A DNA stretch of 58,329 nucleotides from Thraustochytrium aureum (lineage: Eukaryota). The notes under the pieces are model-generated. The model had not been told where the DNA came from, made no database searches, and saw nothing but the letters and a program-made list of their open reading frames with translations. The stretch covers positions 2,252 through 60,580 of the forward strand of contig BLSG01000241.1 of NCBI GenBank assembly GCA_012862495.1. Reading direction: 5' to 3'. Below are positions 23,681 to 36,500 of the stretch, piece by piece (within the stretch, counting starts at the first letter, position 1; each line of letters opens with the position of its first letter). Both the position numbers and the translations under genes were made by a program.

Positions 23681-25172
23681 ATGCGGCCCGGGCGGACGAT
23701 TGTAGCTAGCCTAGTCGTAGTGGCGGCCGTAGCGCCGCGGACTGTCGCTGGGTTCAGCGAGACGCAGATGCTGACCCTGGCAGTAGTGCCAAAGGTGAGC
23801 GGAATGCTCTCTGTGCTCTGCAGCAGCGCCATCGTTTACCTCGTGCTGAAAGAGCAAGCAAAGCGAAGCCGCGTGTACCACCGTATGCTGCTGGGCATGA
23901 GCGTCTNNNNNNNNNNNNNNNNNNNNNNNNNNNNNNNNNNNNNNNNNNNNNNNNNNNNNNNNNNNNNNNNNNNNNNNNNNNNNNNNNNNNNNNNNNNNNN
24001 NNNNNNNNNNNNNNNNNNNNNNNNNNNNNNNNNNNNNNNNNNNNNCTCGCTCGCCTTCTTTATGTCCTCCTGGCCAATCCCTCGCGGAACCCCGAACACA
24101 TATGCTGCGCTCGGGAACACCGCGACGTGCTCTGCACAAGGCTTCTTTATGCAACTGGGCATGGCGGTGCCGCTCTACAACGCCTTCCTCTCCGTCAACT
24201 ATTTGCTGAGCATCAAGTACAGCTGGCCAGAGGAGCGGCTCGCCGGGCTCGAGCCAGCTCTCCACGGCGTTGCCATCGGCTGGCCGTTTGTCACTGCGTG
24301 CATCTGCCTTGGGCCTGGGCCTCTTCAACAGCGCCAATATCTGGTGCTGGATCGTCAGCTTGCCCCTTTTTTGCACCGCTGGTGTCGACTGCGAGAGAGG
24401 GGCGACCGCCTGGGTCTTCCAGTGGGTGTTTGCGTACGGGCCACTTATGGCCTTGATGGTGTTCGTAGCTGCAGCAATGATCGCCGTGTATCGCCACGTT
24501 GCCAAGCAGGAACGAAGCACGGCTCGGCTCGGCCTACGATCGCCAGCGGCCGAGTCGCGGGCGCGCAGCGTGGCGCGACAGGGCTTGCTGTACGTCTGCG
24601 CTTTCTACCTTACCTGGGTGTTTGCGCTATTGAATCGCCTCGTTCAACTCGCAACTGGCAAGGCGAGTTTCTCGCTTATCCTGCTCCACGCCGCAGTTGT
24701 TCCGCTTCAGGGAACGCTCAACTTTGTCGTCTATCTCCGGCCCCGTGTACGACGCTATTTGGCGGACAACCCCGGCGTATCCCTCTTCGCGGCGTTCGCC
24801 AGGGTCGTCTGCTCCGCTTTGCGACATGACAACACCGACGACACGGACAACCACGGCTTCCTCCCGCCGCCAAACCGCCGCCAGCCCTCTGGGCTAGCCC
24901 AGAGGCTCTCCAAGACGTTGGTCAGGGCTGCTAGCAGCTTCAAGTATCGCCCATCACGCTCCAACGATGCGTCCTCAGACGGCGCCTGGGACTCGGCGTC
25001 GCCGGCAAGCGGCTCTCGGGATGCCCCGGCGAGGGGAGCGGCTGCGGGCGTGGACGAACCGCCGGTACGTAGCGTCGAAGGCCACCCAATCTCACTTGAG
25101 GCCATGCCGGGCTTGCCGGCGCCAAGCGCACAGGTCGGCGCGTCGACATCGACAACAGTGATCATAGCATAA
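23681..25172 (+). CDS. 7TM GPCR-like receptor 2; gap 23907-24045 and frameshift near 24310
   Basis: VYHRMLLGMSV, FFMSSWPIP, CSAQGFFMQ, IWCWI and VVPLQGTLNFVVYLRP; clear paralog of receptor 1. Confidence 0.85.
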
Positions 25173-25656
25173 CATGAGCTTGCACGCCGTTCTGCCTGTT
25201 TTACGCTCGCCCCATCCAGCGTCCTGAGGCTGTCTGCCCGCCGCCCATGTGGCTGCAGATCATGCAAGTTCGGCCGGTGGACGGACGGCGTGGTTGTCAT
25301 TTCAGTTCATGAGCGCCAAACGCAAAACGGGTATTTGGCAGCAGGTCTGCCCCGCTCCGGGTGCGTTCTGCGAGAGTGGCTGGCGGTTCGCGCGTCGGGC
25401 CAGGGTGTACGTGCCGCGCCGCGATCCGTCTGCGCCGTGCTGCCTCTGCGTCGCGTCTGGCTGCCAGCCAGCTTGCCAATCCCTGCACACCCGACGCAGA
25501 CTGAACATCGCCCTCGAGGAATCTCGCCGCGAAAGCCAGAGCCCTGCAACAGCGCGCGCGCTTGTGGCCCTTGTGCACTGGCGGGAGGAAGGAGGGAGGG
25601 CGCAAGGGAGCGCGGCAGGTGGGCGCGAGCTCGGGCGGAGCTGGGCAGCTCGGGGC

Positions 25657-26922
25657 ATGGTCGGCTATGGAGGCGAGAGCGACCCGCGCGCGCTGACCGA
25701 GGGTCAGCGCCAGGCGTTGACCGTGGCGACGAGAGTCTGCGGGTCGCTCTCGATTGTGTGCGACCTGGTCATAATACACGGGTGCATGCGAAAGGGCATG
25801 AAGAGCTGGACGACCTACTACCGAATCATGTTGAGCATGGCCACGTTTGACCTCCTCACCACCGTCTGGTACGTGGTGGCCGACGCGCCGCTGCCAGCCA
25901 AGGGAGAGCCCACATCCCCGCTCTGCTCGGCGCAGGGGTTTTTCCAGCAAATCGGACTCGCAGTGCCATTACTCAACGCAACGCTTGCGACGAACTACCT
26001 TTTCGTCCTCAAGTTCGAGTGGCCCACAGAGCGCATCGTCGCCGCCGAGCCATATGTGTTTGGCTTCATAGTGTCCGTCAGCCTGGCTGTGGCTATAACC
26101 CCCCTTCCGCTCAACTTGTACCACGACGCCTTCCTGTGGTGCTGGATCTCCGAGTACCCACCAGGCTGCACCAACCCGGGCACGCCAGTGGATTGCGAGT
26201 ATGGCGCGAACGCGTGGCTCTTCCAGATCGCCCTGTTCTATGGTCCCTTGTGGATAACGATCGCATACACAATATTCGTTATGGGGCTTGTTATCTCGGT
26301 CGTATACGACCAGGACCGCCAGGTCGGCCGATTCCTCCCCGAGGGAACTGCAAAGCTCAAGTTTGAGCAAACCACGAGACTCGTGCGCCAAGCCACGCTT
26401 TATTGCGCGGCGTTTCTGCTGACCTGGGTGTTCGTCACCGCGCTCCGCATCTACAATGCGGCAACCAGTACTTTCAATTTCGTGCTGTCCGTTTTCGCGG
26501 TAAGCTTTGTGCTTTTGCAGGGCGTCTTCAACATGCTCGTCTTCGTGTACCCGCGATTCGTGAAGCTCGAGCAAGTCGCTCACATGACGTGCTGTGACCG
26601 CATGCTCTTTCTTTTCAACTTCATCGAGGCTCCCGAAAGCACGCGAAGCGCGTTCGCAAACGGCCACTCGAATGCGACCATCACCGAGCCGCGCTCCTTT
26701 TCCGAGACGCAAGACAACGCGTTCGGCGAGCCCTCTGCATTGCTTTCTGCAAACCAGCGCGGCATGCACACCGCCTCGACAGAGCCGTCCATCCATCTGC
26801 ATGCCCGAAACGAGCTCCGCATGACGATGTCCTCCGGCCCGCCACCGCCACATGACGGGCCGACCGCCTCGCTGACAAGTAGAGGCATCGCAGCCAGCGG
26901 CCTGGACCTCAACCTAGCCTAA
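25657..26922 (+). CDS. 7TM GPCR-like receptor 3
   Basis: TYYRIMLSMATFD, CSAQGFFQQ, LWCWI and VLLQGVFNMLVFVYP; likely start MVGYGGE at 25657, in frame with ORF 25249..26922. Confidence 0.88.
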   Translation: MVGYGGESDPRALTEGQRQALTVATRVCGSLSIVCDLVIIHGCMRKGMKSWTTYYRIMLSMATFDLLTTVWYVVADAPLPAKGEPTSPLCSAQGFFQQIGLAVPLLNATLATNYLFVLKFEWPTERIVAAEPYVFGFIVSVSLAVAITPLPLNLYHDAFLWCWISEYPPGCTNPGTPVDCEYGANAWLFQIALFYGPLWITIAYTIFVMGLVISVVYDQDRQVGRFLPEGTAKLKFEQTTRLVRQATLYCAAFLLTWVFVTALRIYNAATSTFNFVLSVFAVSFVLLQGVFNMLVFVYPRFVKLEQVAHMTCCDRMLFLFNFIEAPESTRSAFANGHSNATITEPRSFSETQDNAFGEPSALLSANQRGMHTASTEPSIHLHARNELRMTMSSGPPPPHDGPTASLTSRGIAASGLDLNLA

Positions 26923-27298
26923 ATCAACACTGACAATACTGCACACCCGCCCCCGCCTTCCCTCGCCGCACGCGAGCCCAAGCACCCTCGGGCGCCATCC
27001 ATGATCCCTGCCTGCCACCCTCCGTCCCTCAGGCCCAGTCATCCCGCCGCCACACGCCCCCCAAAGATGACGCGCAGCCAGCGTCACTCCGGCCCCCAGA
27101 TCGTCACAGAGGGCACCTCGTCACATGCAACGGCTAGTTTCCGCTGAAGGCGGACAGAGAATGAGGCGGTTGAGGCCCACCTTGGCGCCTATGTGTTCCG
27201 CCGGCCATGTTGCGGAAGGAGCAGGCAGAGCCGTAAGCGAGCGGGGTCGGAGCGCGTCCGGTCGTGCGAGCGAGCGGCGCTCGGTCTGCTGCTTCGTC

Positions 27299-27300
<2 letters not shown>

Positions 27301-27332
<32 letters not shown>

Positions 27333-27500
27333 GCGCTGTTGGTTTGTCTGGTTGCCCGGCGCGCGGCGGATTGGTTGATTTTTTTGGTCAAGGCGCACCT
27401 GGTGCGAAGGTGCGACGGCCCGCAAGGACTCCCTCCACGCAAGCACGCACGCAAGCACGCACGCGAGCACGCACGCAAGCACGCAAGCACAAGCAAGCAA
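27301..27500. repeat. (TGC)n microsatellite and GCAC/GCAA simple repeats upstream of the E3 gene
   Basis: tgctgctgct... at 27301-27328; cacgcaagcacgcacgcaagcacgcacgcgagcac... at ~27436-27500. Confidence 0.9.
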
Positions 27501-27545
27501 CGAGTGACGGACAGAAGGAGGGAAGGACGAGCAAGGGAGGCAAGT

Positions 27546-30500
27546 ATGGGGAATGCGCATCAGGGAAGCGCTGCGAGGGGGGTGCCCGAAGAGCCCTCGT
27601 GGGCGCTGCCGAGCGCGCAGCTGGATCAGCAGTGGCTGAGGGCCGCGATGGACGGCATGTTTGACAGGGACCTGATGCGAAAGAGCTTTCAAGGACCTGA
27701 TATGGCCATGAGTACGCCCACTGGTGGCGCGGAGGCCGGTGCTGGCGCGAAAGAGTCAAAGGTCGAGGACGCGCACGACAGCGCCCTCGAGGAGGAGGCG
27801 GAATCCTTGGCGGACGCCGTAGCCTGCCTCGCCTACCCATATGATGTGACGGCGCGGCGAATGGCCGTGGCGCGTCTCACGGATGGGCTGACTCGCCAGT
27901 GCCGCGAGGAAGACCCTTTCACCACCACCGTGGCGCAGAGAATCCACTTCTTGCGCTGCATGCACGCCGCCATGGTCCGAGCTTGGCCGCGAAAGCACCA
28001 CCGCCCTGGCATGGAGTTGAACTCTGTGATCGAGCGGAATAACAGCATGCTAAACCGCGTTTTGCGCGAAGCAAAGGAAGAGCATGCGGAGGAAGACAGC
28101 GCCGAGGCGGCTGCCGACCCGGAGAACCGCCGACGGCGGCGGCGGCGACGACGAATTCGCGCGGAGGCTGACACACAAAGCGCTGGCGGCCTCGCTCTCG
28201 TCCCACGCCCCGACCCGTACACTGCGCAAGCAGACAACACAAACGATGAGCTCAAGGGGCTGTCGCACACGGTCCGCATGGGCCTCAACCTCTTTTTCAC
28301 GCTCCTCGACTGCATGCAAGTGGAGGAGGCCTGCTCGCCGCAACAGTACGCACAGCTAATGCGTGAGATGATTCCGATCGTCTCCTCGCTTGCGCCCCCC
28401 CAGCCCTTTGGCAGCCGCCTGGCCCAAGGCGGACGGAGCCAAAGACCAGACGACCGAGGCTGGGTTTCCAGGCAGCGCGCTGCCGCGGCNNNNNNNNNNN
28501 NNNNNNNNNNNNNNNNNNNNNNNNNNNNNNNNNNNNNNNNNNNNNNNNNNNNNNNNNNNNNNNNNNNNNNNNNNNNNNNNNNNNNNNNNNNNNNNNNNNN
28601 NNNNNNNNNNNNNNNNNNNNNNNNNNNNNNNAAGACCAGCAAGCCGCCCAAGATGATCCGCCCCATGTCTGCGTCATCCACGAATAGCAAGGACAGCGAC
28701 AACGTTGCGCTGACGCGGGTTCGCGACCAGTTTGCGATTCTGCCGGTCACGGCCACCGAGCGGACGCAGGCGCTAGAGGCACTGTTCTCCCTCGCTTGCA
28801 GCCGAGCCAGTCTTGTCGACTTTTTGCTCTGCGTCAAGGTCCTGCTAGAGGACGTTGCCTCGAGGAGCGATGCAGTTCTCACCGCGAGGGGGCGCGACTC
28901 GTCCCTGCACGTTTCGACGGGCCGCCGCTCGCCCATCGTCGAGGCCGCCTCCCCGTCAACGTCGCCCTCGTGTGTGGGCGGCGGCGACGCCGGAGAGCGA
29001 TCTCCGGACGTGGACTGGTCCGCAGCCCGGCTAGACAAGCGCGGATGGCGCGCCGTAGACGAACTGCAAACTGTCAATGCGATCGGCGGCCAGGGCATGA
29101 TTGTGCCGAGACTGGACTCTGCGCTTGCGCACTCCGCAGCTCTAGAAAACGACCAAGACGAGGGAGCGGACGGCAGCGCAGATGAGCAGCATGGCGAAAG
29201 CGCGGATGGCTTGGCCGCCACTGTCGGGGCCGTCTCCAGCCCCAGCGCTGGGTCTGATATTCGACCCGTTGCTAGAAAGCGCGTGGCACGAGCCACCCCT
29301 GGTGCTGGCGCCGCCGTGTCGAGCGCCACGTCGGGCGCCGCCGGGCAGGGCCCCGCACCCGGCGCAAGCGGCAGCAACAACAACGTCGACCTCGCCTCCG
29401 CAGGAGACGCAGAGGGGGATGCAGAGTCCCCGGGGCATGTCGGTCTCGGTCTCGGGCAAGGCCGAGGGGCGAACGCAAACGCCAAGAACAGCAACCACGC
29501 CAAGTCGGGCCGCCATGGCAAGAGCGGCAATAACAACGCCTCAAACGCCGCGGCGGCGGCAGCAACAACAACAACAACAACGACGAAGCCCGCTCGCCGC
29601 GCGAATGGCGTATCCGGCAGCAAAACCCCGAATCGGCAATCGATGGGCCACAGGAGCACCTGCACGATCTGTACCTGTACGATAAAATCTCGTCGTTGAG
29701 CAACGTCGACTGCGCCAAGCTCTTCCGCGCGGAGGTGCTCGGGGCCCAGAAGCAGCAACTCGAAGTTTGGAGCTTTGGGCAGAATTCTTACGGCGAGCTC
29801 GCGCACGGTGATACGATGACTCGCAAGCACGCGAAAAAGGCCGCTGTCCTGGATGGCAAAGATGTTGCCCAGGTCGCCGCGGGCAACGAGCACACTGTTG
29901 TGCTCACGAAATCGGGCAAAGTCTACGCCGTCGGATACAACGACAACGGGCAATGCGGCCAGGGCAACTCTGGTCGCGTAGCACACCTCACTGCAATTGA
30001 GGCCTTGGAAGGCAAAAACGTCGCGCAAGTGCACGCATACAACGGGTGCGAGCATACCTTGTGCGTAACCACCGAAGGCGCCCTGTACTCGTTTGGCTAC
30101 AATTACCGCGGGCAGCTCGGCCACGGCAACACCGCGTCGCTCTCGCTCCCGCAGCGCGTCGCCGGCTTTGGGGTGCCCAGCATGCGCGTCAAGTACGTGT
30201 CCTGCAGCTACTACCACACCGTCGTAGCAACAGACGGCGGCGCGCTCTACACGTTTGGGCGAAACGACTTTGGCCAACTCGGCCACGGCGATACGATCGA
30301 CAGGCACGAGCCAACCAAAGTGGAGAGCCTCGTGGGCAGCGTTGAAGCCTTCTCCTCGGTGGCTTGTGGCCAGTACCACACCGTCGTGGCCGTTTCTTCT
30401 GGCGCGGTCTACGCTTGCGGCAAGAACGATTACGGTCAGTTGGGCCTCAAGCTCCCTGAGGCGCATCAGCGCATGACTCTCATCCGCTTTTTGGCGGAAA

Positions 30501-33500
30501 GAGTGTCGGCTCGGGCAACGACACGTTCATCAAGGAGCTGCGCTGCGGGTACTACCACACCATTGCCCTCTCGTCGAGCGGCAAGCTTTGGTCTTTCGGC
30601 CGCAACGACCACGGTCAGCTCGGGACTGGCAGCGCGGCCCAGAAGGTTTTCGCGCCGCGCGAAGTTGAGGACCTCGACGGCAAGACGACCAAGGTGATCA
30701 AAATTGCCGCGGGGTGCTACCACTCGCTGGCCGTTGACGAAAACAACGTGCTCTATGTATTCGGTCGCAATAACCACGGCCAGCTTGGCTGCGGCGAGAC
30801 GACTGAGCGCCACTCCCCATACCCGGTAAAGGGCTTCTCCGGCACGCGCATCGCAGACGTTGCCGCAGGCTTTTACCATACGATCGTACTCACCGGTGGG
30901 GACGACGAGCAAGACGACCTCCAAAGTGACGAGGACGGCTTCATCTCCCCTGAGCCCGCAGACGTCTCCCCCGAGCAAGCCGCCGAGCTGCGCGCCCTGC
31001 GTGCCGTCGTTCTAGCAGAGAAGGAGAGCATCCTGGCTCGTGCGCCGTCGGCATCGCTCACCCCAATGCAAGTCGCGTTCATGACTCTGATCAACCTTGA
31101 TCGGATGGGTGGGTTCCACAGGGCGAGGCAGGAGCGCGCGCATCGCTGGCGAGGCCGCTCGCACCCTCCGCTGGACCCTGGGTCTCTCCTTCTGGACGCC
31201 TCGACACAAGGAGGCGAGGCGCAAGGGGGCTCCGAGCCCCTCCGGCTTCCGCCTGCTGAGGTACCCTACTGCGTCAACGCAGACTCTCGCACGCTCGCTC
31301 TCCTTGTATTCCTCGCCAAGCTGTGCAACGAACAGCTCGTGCGCCTCAAGGAGAGCGGAGTCTCTCAAGCGCGCCCTTCGTCCGCGGCATCGCGGCGAGG
31401 GAGCGACGACCCGGCGAACAGCACGCTTCCTGCAAACCCGCAGGACGACCCCCGCATTTGGTCATACATGATCCTCGCGTGCTTGCGCTTGATCAGGGGC
31501 AACGTCGCGCAGCTTCTGTGGAGCGGCCAGGGCCTTGCTCTCCAACGCGCAATGTCGATGGCCAATCATCGCGAGGCCGAAAGGGCCGACTCGATGGTTC
31601 GCGCGCTGGACGAAATCCATCGCTTTGCTCTCGACACGATTGAGGATCCGCCAGCAATGGCGCTTCAAAGCGCGGTGGAGATGGCGCAGAGCCTCGCCTC
31701 TGAGATCCTCATGACAGGCCTGGAGCTGTTCTACCCCACGCAAGAGCTCCAAGTCCAGCTCCTCGCATCTCTCATGGCTGAAAGCTACGATGCAGACGAG
31801 CAGACGAGCCCGATCCCTTGCCCGCCTCTCAGCAAGGGTATGAGCCAGCCCAAGGCTGCGACCCGCCACGGCCGCTCAGCGGAGGAAGTGGAGGAGAAGA
31901 CGGAGAGCGAGATCCCCGCGCTGCCAGTGCTCCCGACCAACGCCGTCGCCAAGGCGTCCAACGCGGGCGGATACATTCGCTTCTCCCCGCGCAGCCCGCT
32001 TCTCAAGTTTCAGAACGCAACGCCGGCGTCTGGGCTAACGGGCATCTCGAAGGGCGGCCTGAAGCGATATCTTCTTGAACCCCTTCTCAAGCGCCTCTCT
32101 GACGACGAGCTGGTCTCCGCGATGGTACCTTACTTCACGCCAGCTGCTGGGCCTTTGAGCATGCCAAGCGCCCCTGCTGGCAGTGACGGGACATCCTCCG
32201 CGGCTGGGCGCGCTGGGCCGCATCGCTCCTCATTGGGCGGCGCAGTCGATGAGTCGCAGGCCTCTGCAGCCCTCCTCTCGAGCCTTCTCTCGTCATTGGT
32301 GCGCCAAATTGCGACGCACTCGGAGCGGCAGGTAGCGGCCTGTTGCAGTGACCTTCGCAAGCTCAAGCTTGCCTCCAGCCAGCTTAGCGCGGTCGAGCCG
32401 AACGGCTTCCAGCAGCTGCTTCTCTCCCTGCAAAAGCACCTCCTGAGCTGGGCAGCCAACTCATCTCATCCGACGGAGGAGACGAGCGACGCGCACGCCA
32501 TCGCGGACAGCGTCGACGCGATGCTACGCCGACTCTCTGGATCCGCACCACTGCCGGAAAACAGCTCTATCGCCCCCGAGCGCGAAGAGGACAGTGCACC
32601 AGCTCCCGGACCGGCCAACACTGCGGGTAGCGTTGTAGAGCCCAGCGCCGAATCGGAGAACGAAAGCCTCTTGTCGGGGTTTGCTTGGAAAAAGCAGGCC
32701 TGTACGGCAACGGGGTCTCGGGCCCAGAAGCAGCTGACAGTGCTGCCTCCGCTCACAATACGGCTTCGACATCGTCACTGGTGTCGCTTCCAGGAGCCTC
32801 GTCACTGCCAGGGAGCGGCAGCGCCGGGCCGGGCTCAGGGACTAGCACGCAGTCTGGTTCCAGCGCAACCTCGTCGTGGGAGTGCCTATTGCGCTACGCG
32901 GATCTTGTGTTTCGCAAATGCAATGCAGAGCTCGCCCACCTTCTGCAAGGCGCCGAGCGATGCAGGCAAGAGCACCCGCAACTCAACTCGGACCCGACTG
33001 AAGCACTCGTTCATGTTGTGGGGGCAACCTCGGTGTCGGCGGGGGTGCTACCCTCTCTCATCGTCGGGCTTGCTCTGTTTGCGCATCGCACCTACATCGC
33101 CACGCGGCTACTCCCGCGTGTCCTGGAGACGCTAGCGATGGTGGACCGCGTCTGCAACGAGTTGCCAAGTGCGCTTGCCGCAGACGAGAACTACAGAATC
33201 GCGTCGGACAAATTCGGAGCCAAGCGCGCTGACCTCGACTTGTCTACTGCCGACGCCAAGGACGACGCCGAGCGAGAAGAAAAGCGCGAGCAAGCCAACA
33301 AGAAGCGAGTTGAAGAGGCTGTTTCAGCTGCTGCGCTTCCTTGGCTTTTGCAGCTAGAAAAAGGCCTGGCCGCGCTTGGCGGCCGCCTCGCCTCGACGCT
33401 TGTTCTTGGGCGAGTCGAAGGGGAGACAAGCCTGACCCGCCCAAGCAGCTTGGTCGACGACCCCGTGCTCCGGGACTCGTATTTGATGTGGCGCGACTCG

Positions 33501-36500
33501 GAGCTCCTTGCTGGCGGCCTCGACCCGCGCTACGTGAGCTCGTCACACGCGTCTGCTGGCCTCCTGTTTCTTGGCCCCACATCCAGCGCAAGCGCAGGCA
33601 CAAGCGCTGCCGCAAGCGCTGGGCAATCGTTGTCCCCGCCGCGGGCTTTGAAGCGAAGCGGCAAGCAGCGGCCTGATGCTGCCCAGCCTGCTGGCGGTGC
33701 GCCGCAAGCAGAGACAACGACAACCGCGCCGGACGGCAGGAGCGCGACTGCGCTCAAGCTGTTTGGTTCTTGCGAGCAAGATCGATTCGTGCAGGCCCTG
33801 CTGCTTCCAGAGCCGCAGGCGCAGGCTGTCATCGAAGCCATCCGTGCCGCGCACGCCATGGGCAACTTTGCCTACAACATGACGCTCGTTCAAGGGCGCG
33901 GGAATGGGGGCTTGGACGCGGCAGCTATGGAGGCGGTTGAGCGCTCCATATTTGCTGCCGTAATCAAGCACGCCGGCATGGTCGCGGACTGCATTCTCTA
34001 TGCAAGGGCGCTCTCGAAGAACAAAAAGGCGGCCAAGTCGAGCGCGACGGACGAGCCTCAAAGCAGCCCTCGTCTGCCACCTCGCATCCGAGACTGCTGG
34101 AAAGCTGCGGCTGAGGTGCGCATGCACCTAGTCCGGCTCCGCTCGCAGTTTATGGCGAGCAGCGCGGAGGACTTGGGGACTTTCCAATCTGTCTGCCAAG
34201 GCTACATTCGTCGCGCTCAGTTCTTGATTCTCTTCAGCGAAGCTCATGCAAACGAGAACGTGCGTTTGAGCGGCACGAATCTCACGGCCTCGCAGCGTCC
34301 GGCCCAGCGCCGTTGGGCGAGGCTTCGACTCGTGTTTTGGTCCGCTGTCAAGTGGCGAGCGGCCACAAAAGTTGGGCTCGAGCTCGCAGCAGCGGGGGCA
34401 AGACCGACAGAGTCCAAGATTGCCAATCTCGTGACTCGCTTTGTGAAATGTCCGGCCGACGTGACGGTCGCCGACCCGAGCGCTCCGCCGATGTCTCCGA
34501 CGAAGAAGCCTTCGTCCCCGTCAAAGCGTCGCAAGCAACTTTTGCAACAGCAGGAGTTCAACCTGGGCATCCTTTTCATGACAGTCATCAACAACTGGCG
34601 GCGCGGATTCTTGCGTGCTTGCGGACTGCAGGCGTTCAAGCATCTGATTGGGGTGCCCACCCTCGCCTCGCCACGAACTGATGTGCTTCGATATTTGGCA
34701 CCGTCTCTGCGCTCTGCGTCAGACGCTGGTCTCGGCGACGACACCGACAGCGACGCACAGACAAAGCAGGATCGGCAGCAGCAGCAATCAAGCAAAAGGC
34801 ACCTCGGAGAGGGCAACGCCAGGGCCAAGGCCCTCAAGGGAGGAAACTACGTGAGCGGACTAGGCGGTACAGGGCCGCTTCTCGTTGAGCACGTGCGGGC
34901 GGCCTTCGTCAACCTTTACGAGAGGCTTGCTTTCAGCCTTCGAGACGCTCTCGCTGAGAACAGTAAGGCTTGCACCCAGGAGCGGCTCTTGCTGCTGGAC
35001 TCGTGGGCGATGCGAATCGGGCCCGTCGATCTCGAACTTTTGTCTCGCACTGGTCTTCTCAGCGTCCTTCAGGCTGCCTTGAAGCTTGACAAACCCGCAG
35101 ACGAGAGCAAGGACTCGGCGCACGATGCTCAGCGCAAGCGCCAGATCGGCCGTGCCGCTTGGGCGCTGTTTCGTCTTCTCGTCGCGCAGGTCGGGGAAGG
35201 CGAAGACGAGGGCCAGGTCAGCTCGCTGCTCGACGTGCTACACAGCGAAATGACCAGTGCACTGGACCAAATGCTGCCAGAGTACAAGTCCAGCTCGGCG
35301 AAATCCGCCTTGCCAGCGCCCGCAACAAGCGCCGCGACATCCGCAAGCAAGCACAGCAAGGAGCTATTGGCCAATCCCGTCCGACTTACGAGCGTCGGTG
35401 GGGTGGAAGTACCAAGCAGCGAGTTTGCGTCGATTGGCCCCCACGCTGACTTTTCAATCACCCTGTGGGTCTGTGCAGAGCGCACTGCCCCTGGGGTGGA
35501 TCGCGTGCTCTTGACGCGTGGAAACGGGACAGAATACCTTCCCNNNNNNNNNNNNNNNNNNNNNNNNNNNNNNNNNNNNNNNNNNNNNNNNNNNNNNNNN
35601 NNNNNNNNNNNNNNNNNNNNNNNNNNNNNNNNNNNNNNNNNNNNNNNNNNNNNNNNNNNNNNNNNNNNNNNNNNNNNNNNNNNNNNNNNNNNNNNNNNNN
35701 NNNNNNNNNNNNAGAATACCTTCCCATCGTCACGCTGCGCGACGCTGACGGGCGCGTTGAGGCCTGGACACGCTCTTCCTCCGGGGAAGAGTCGGAGCGC
35801 ATCGTGTCAAAGGCGGAAGTGCGCCCGAACGAGTGGACGCATATTGGCGTTGCGTGCGAGAGTGGCAAGTTGCGCCTGTTTGTGCAAGGCGCTCTGGAGG
35901 CACAGCACATGCAGGTGCAGCAACCCCTGCTGCAAATCATGGGCGGCGCCGTCGGGGAGGCGCCACCAGTCTGCCTCAGCGTGGGACGAGCTCTCGGCGG
36001 CAAGGGGGCAGTGCGGCAGATTGGAGGAATGGAGGGCTATGTGGCGCAGCTCAAGTACCACGCCCGTGCGTTGTCGCCAATTCATGTCCACATCATGTTT
36101 GACCAGGGCCCACCCAAGCACGTCAGCGTGCAGGACAAGCACTGCTTCCAGCTTCTGTTGATCCAGCAGACGTTGACGGAGAACCCGATCGGCAAGCACT
36201 CACTCTCGCGGTCACGGTGGCTTGAGCTGTACGCCAAGCTCTTCAAATTCGGAACCCCTCGCGTCCAGCAGGCCGTCGTTCGGCTCTGGCGCGTTTTGTT
36301 TCCTGCGATGGGGCCCGAGGAGATTGCGCCAAGCATTTTGCCCATTCTCATCAACGCTCAAGCTGAACAAGCCGAGGGTGTCGATGCCGAGTCTGAGGAC
36401 GGGACGAGCACTGCGGGGGACCTCGTCGACTACCTGCTTGCACAGATTGGAGTTGGGGTTTGGACGGGGTCTGGAGAATCGGGGGAGGTGCAGAACCCTG

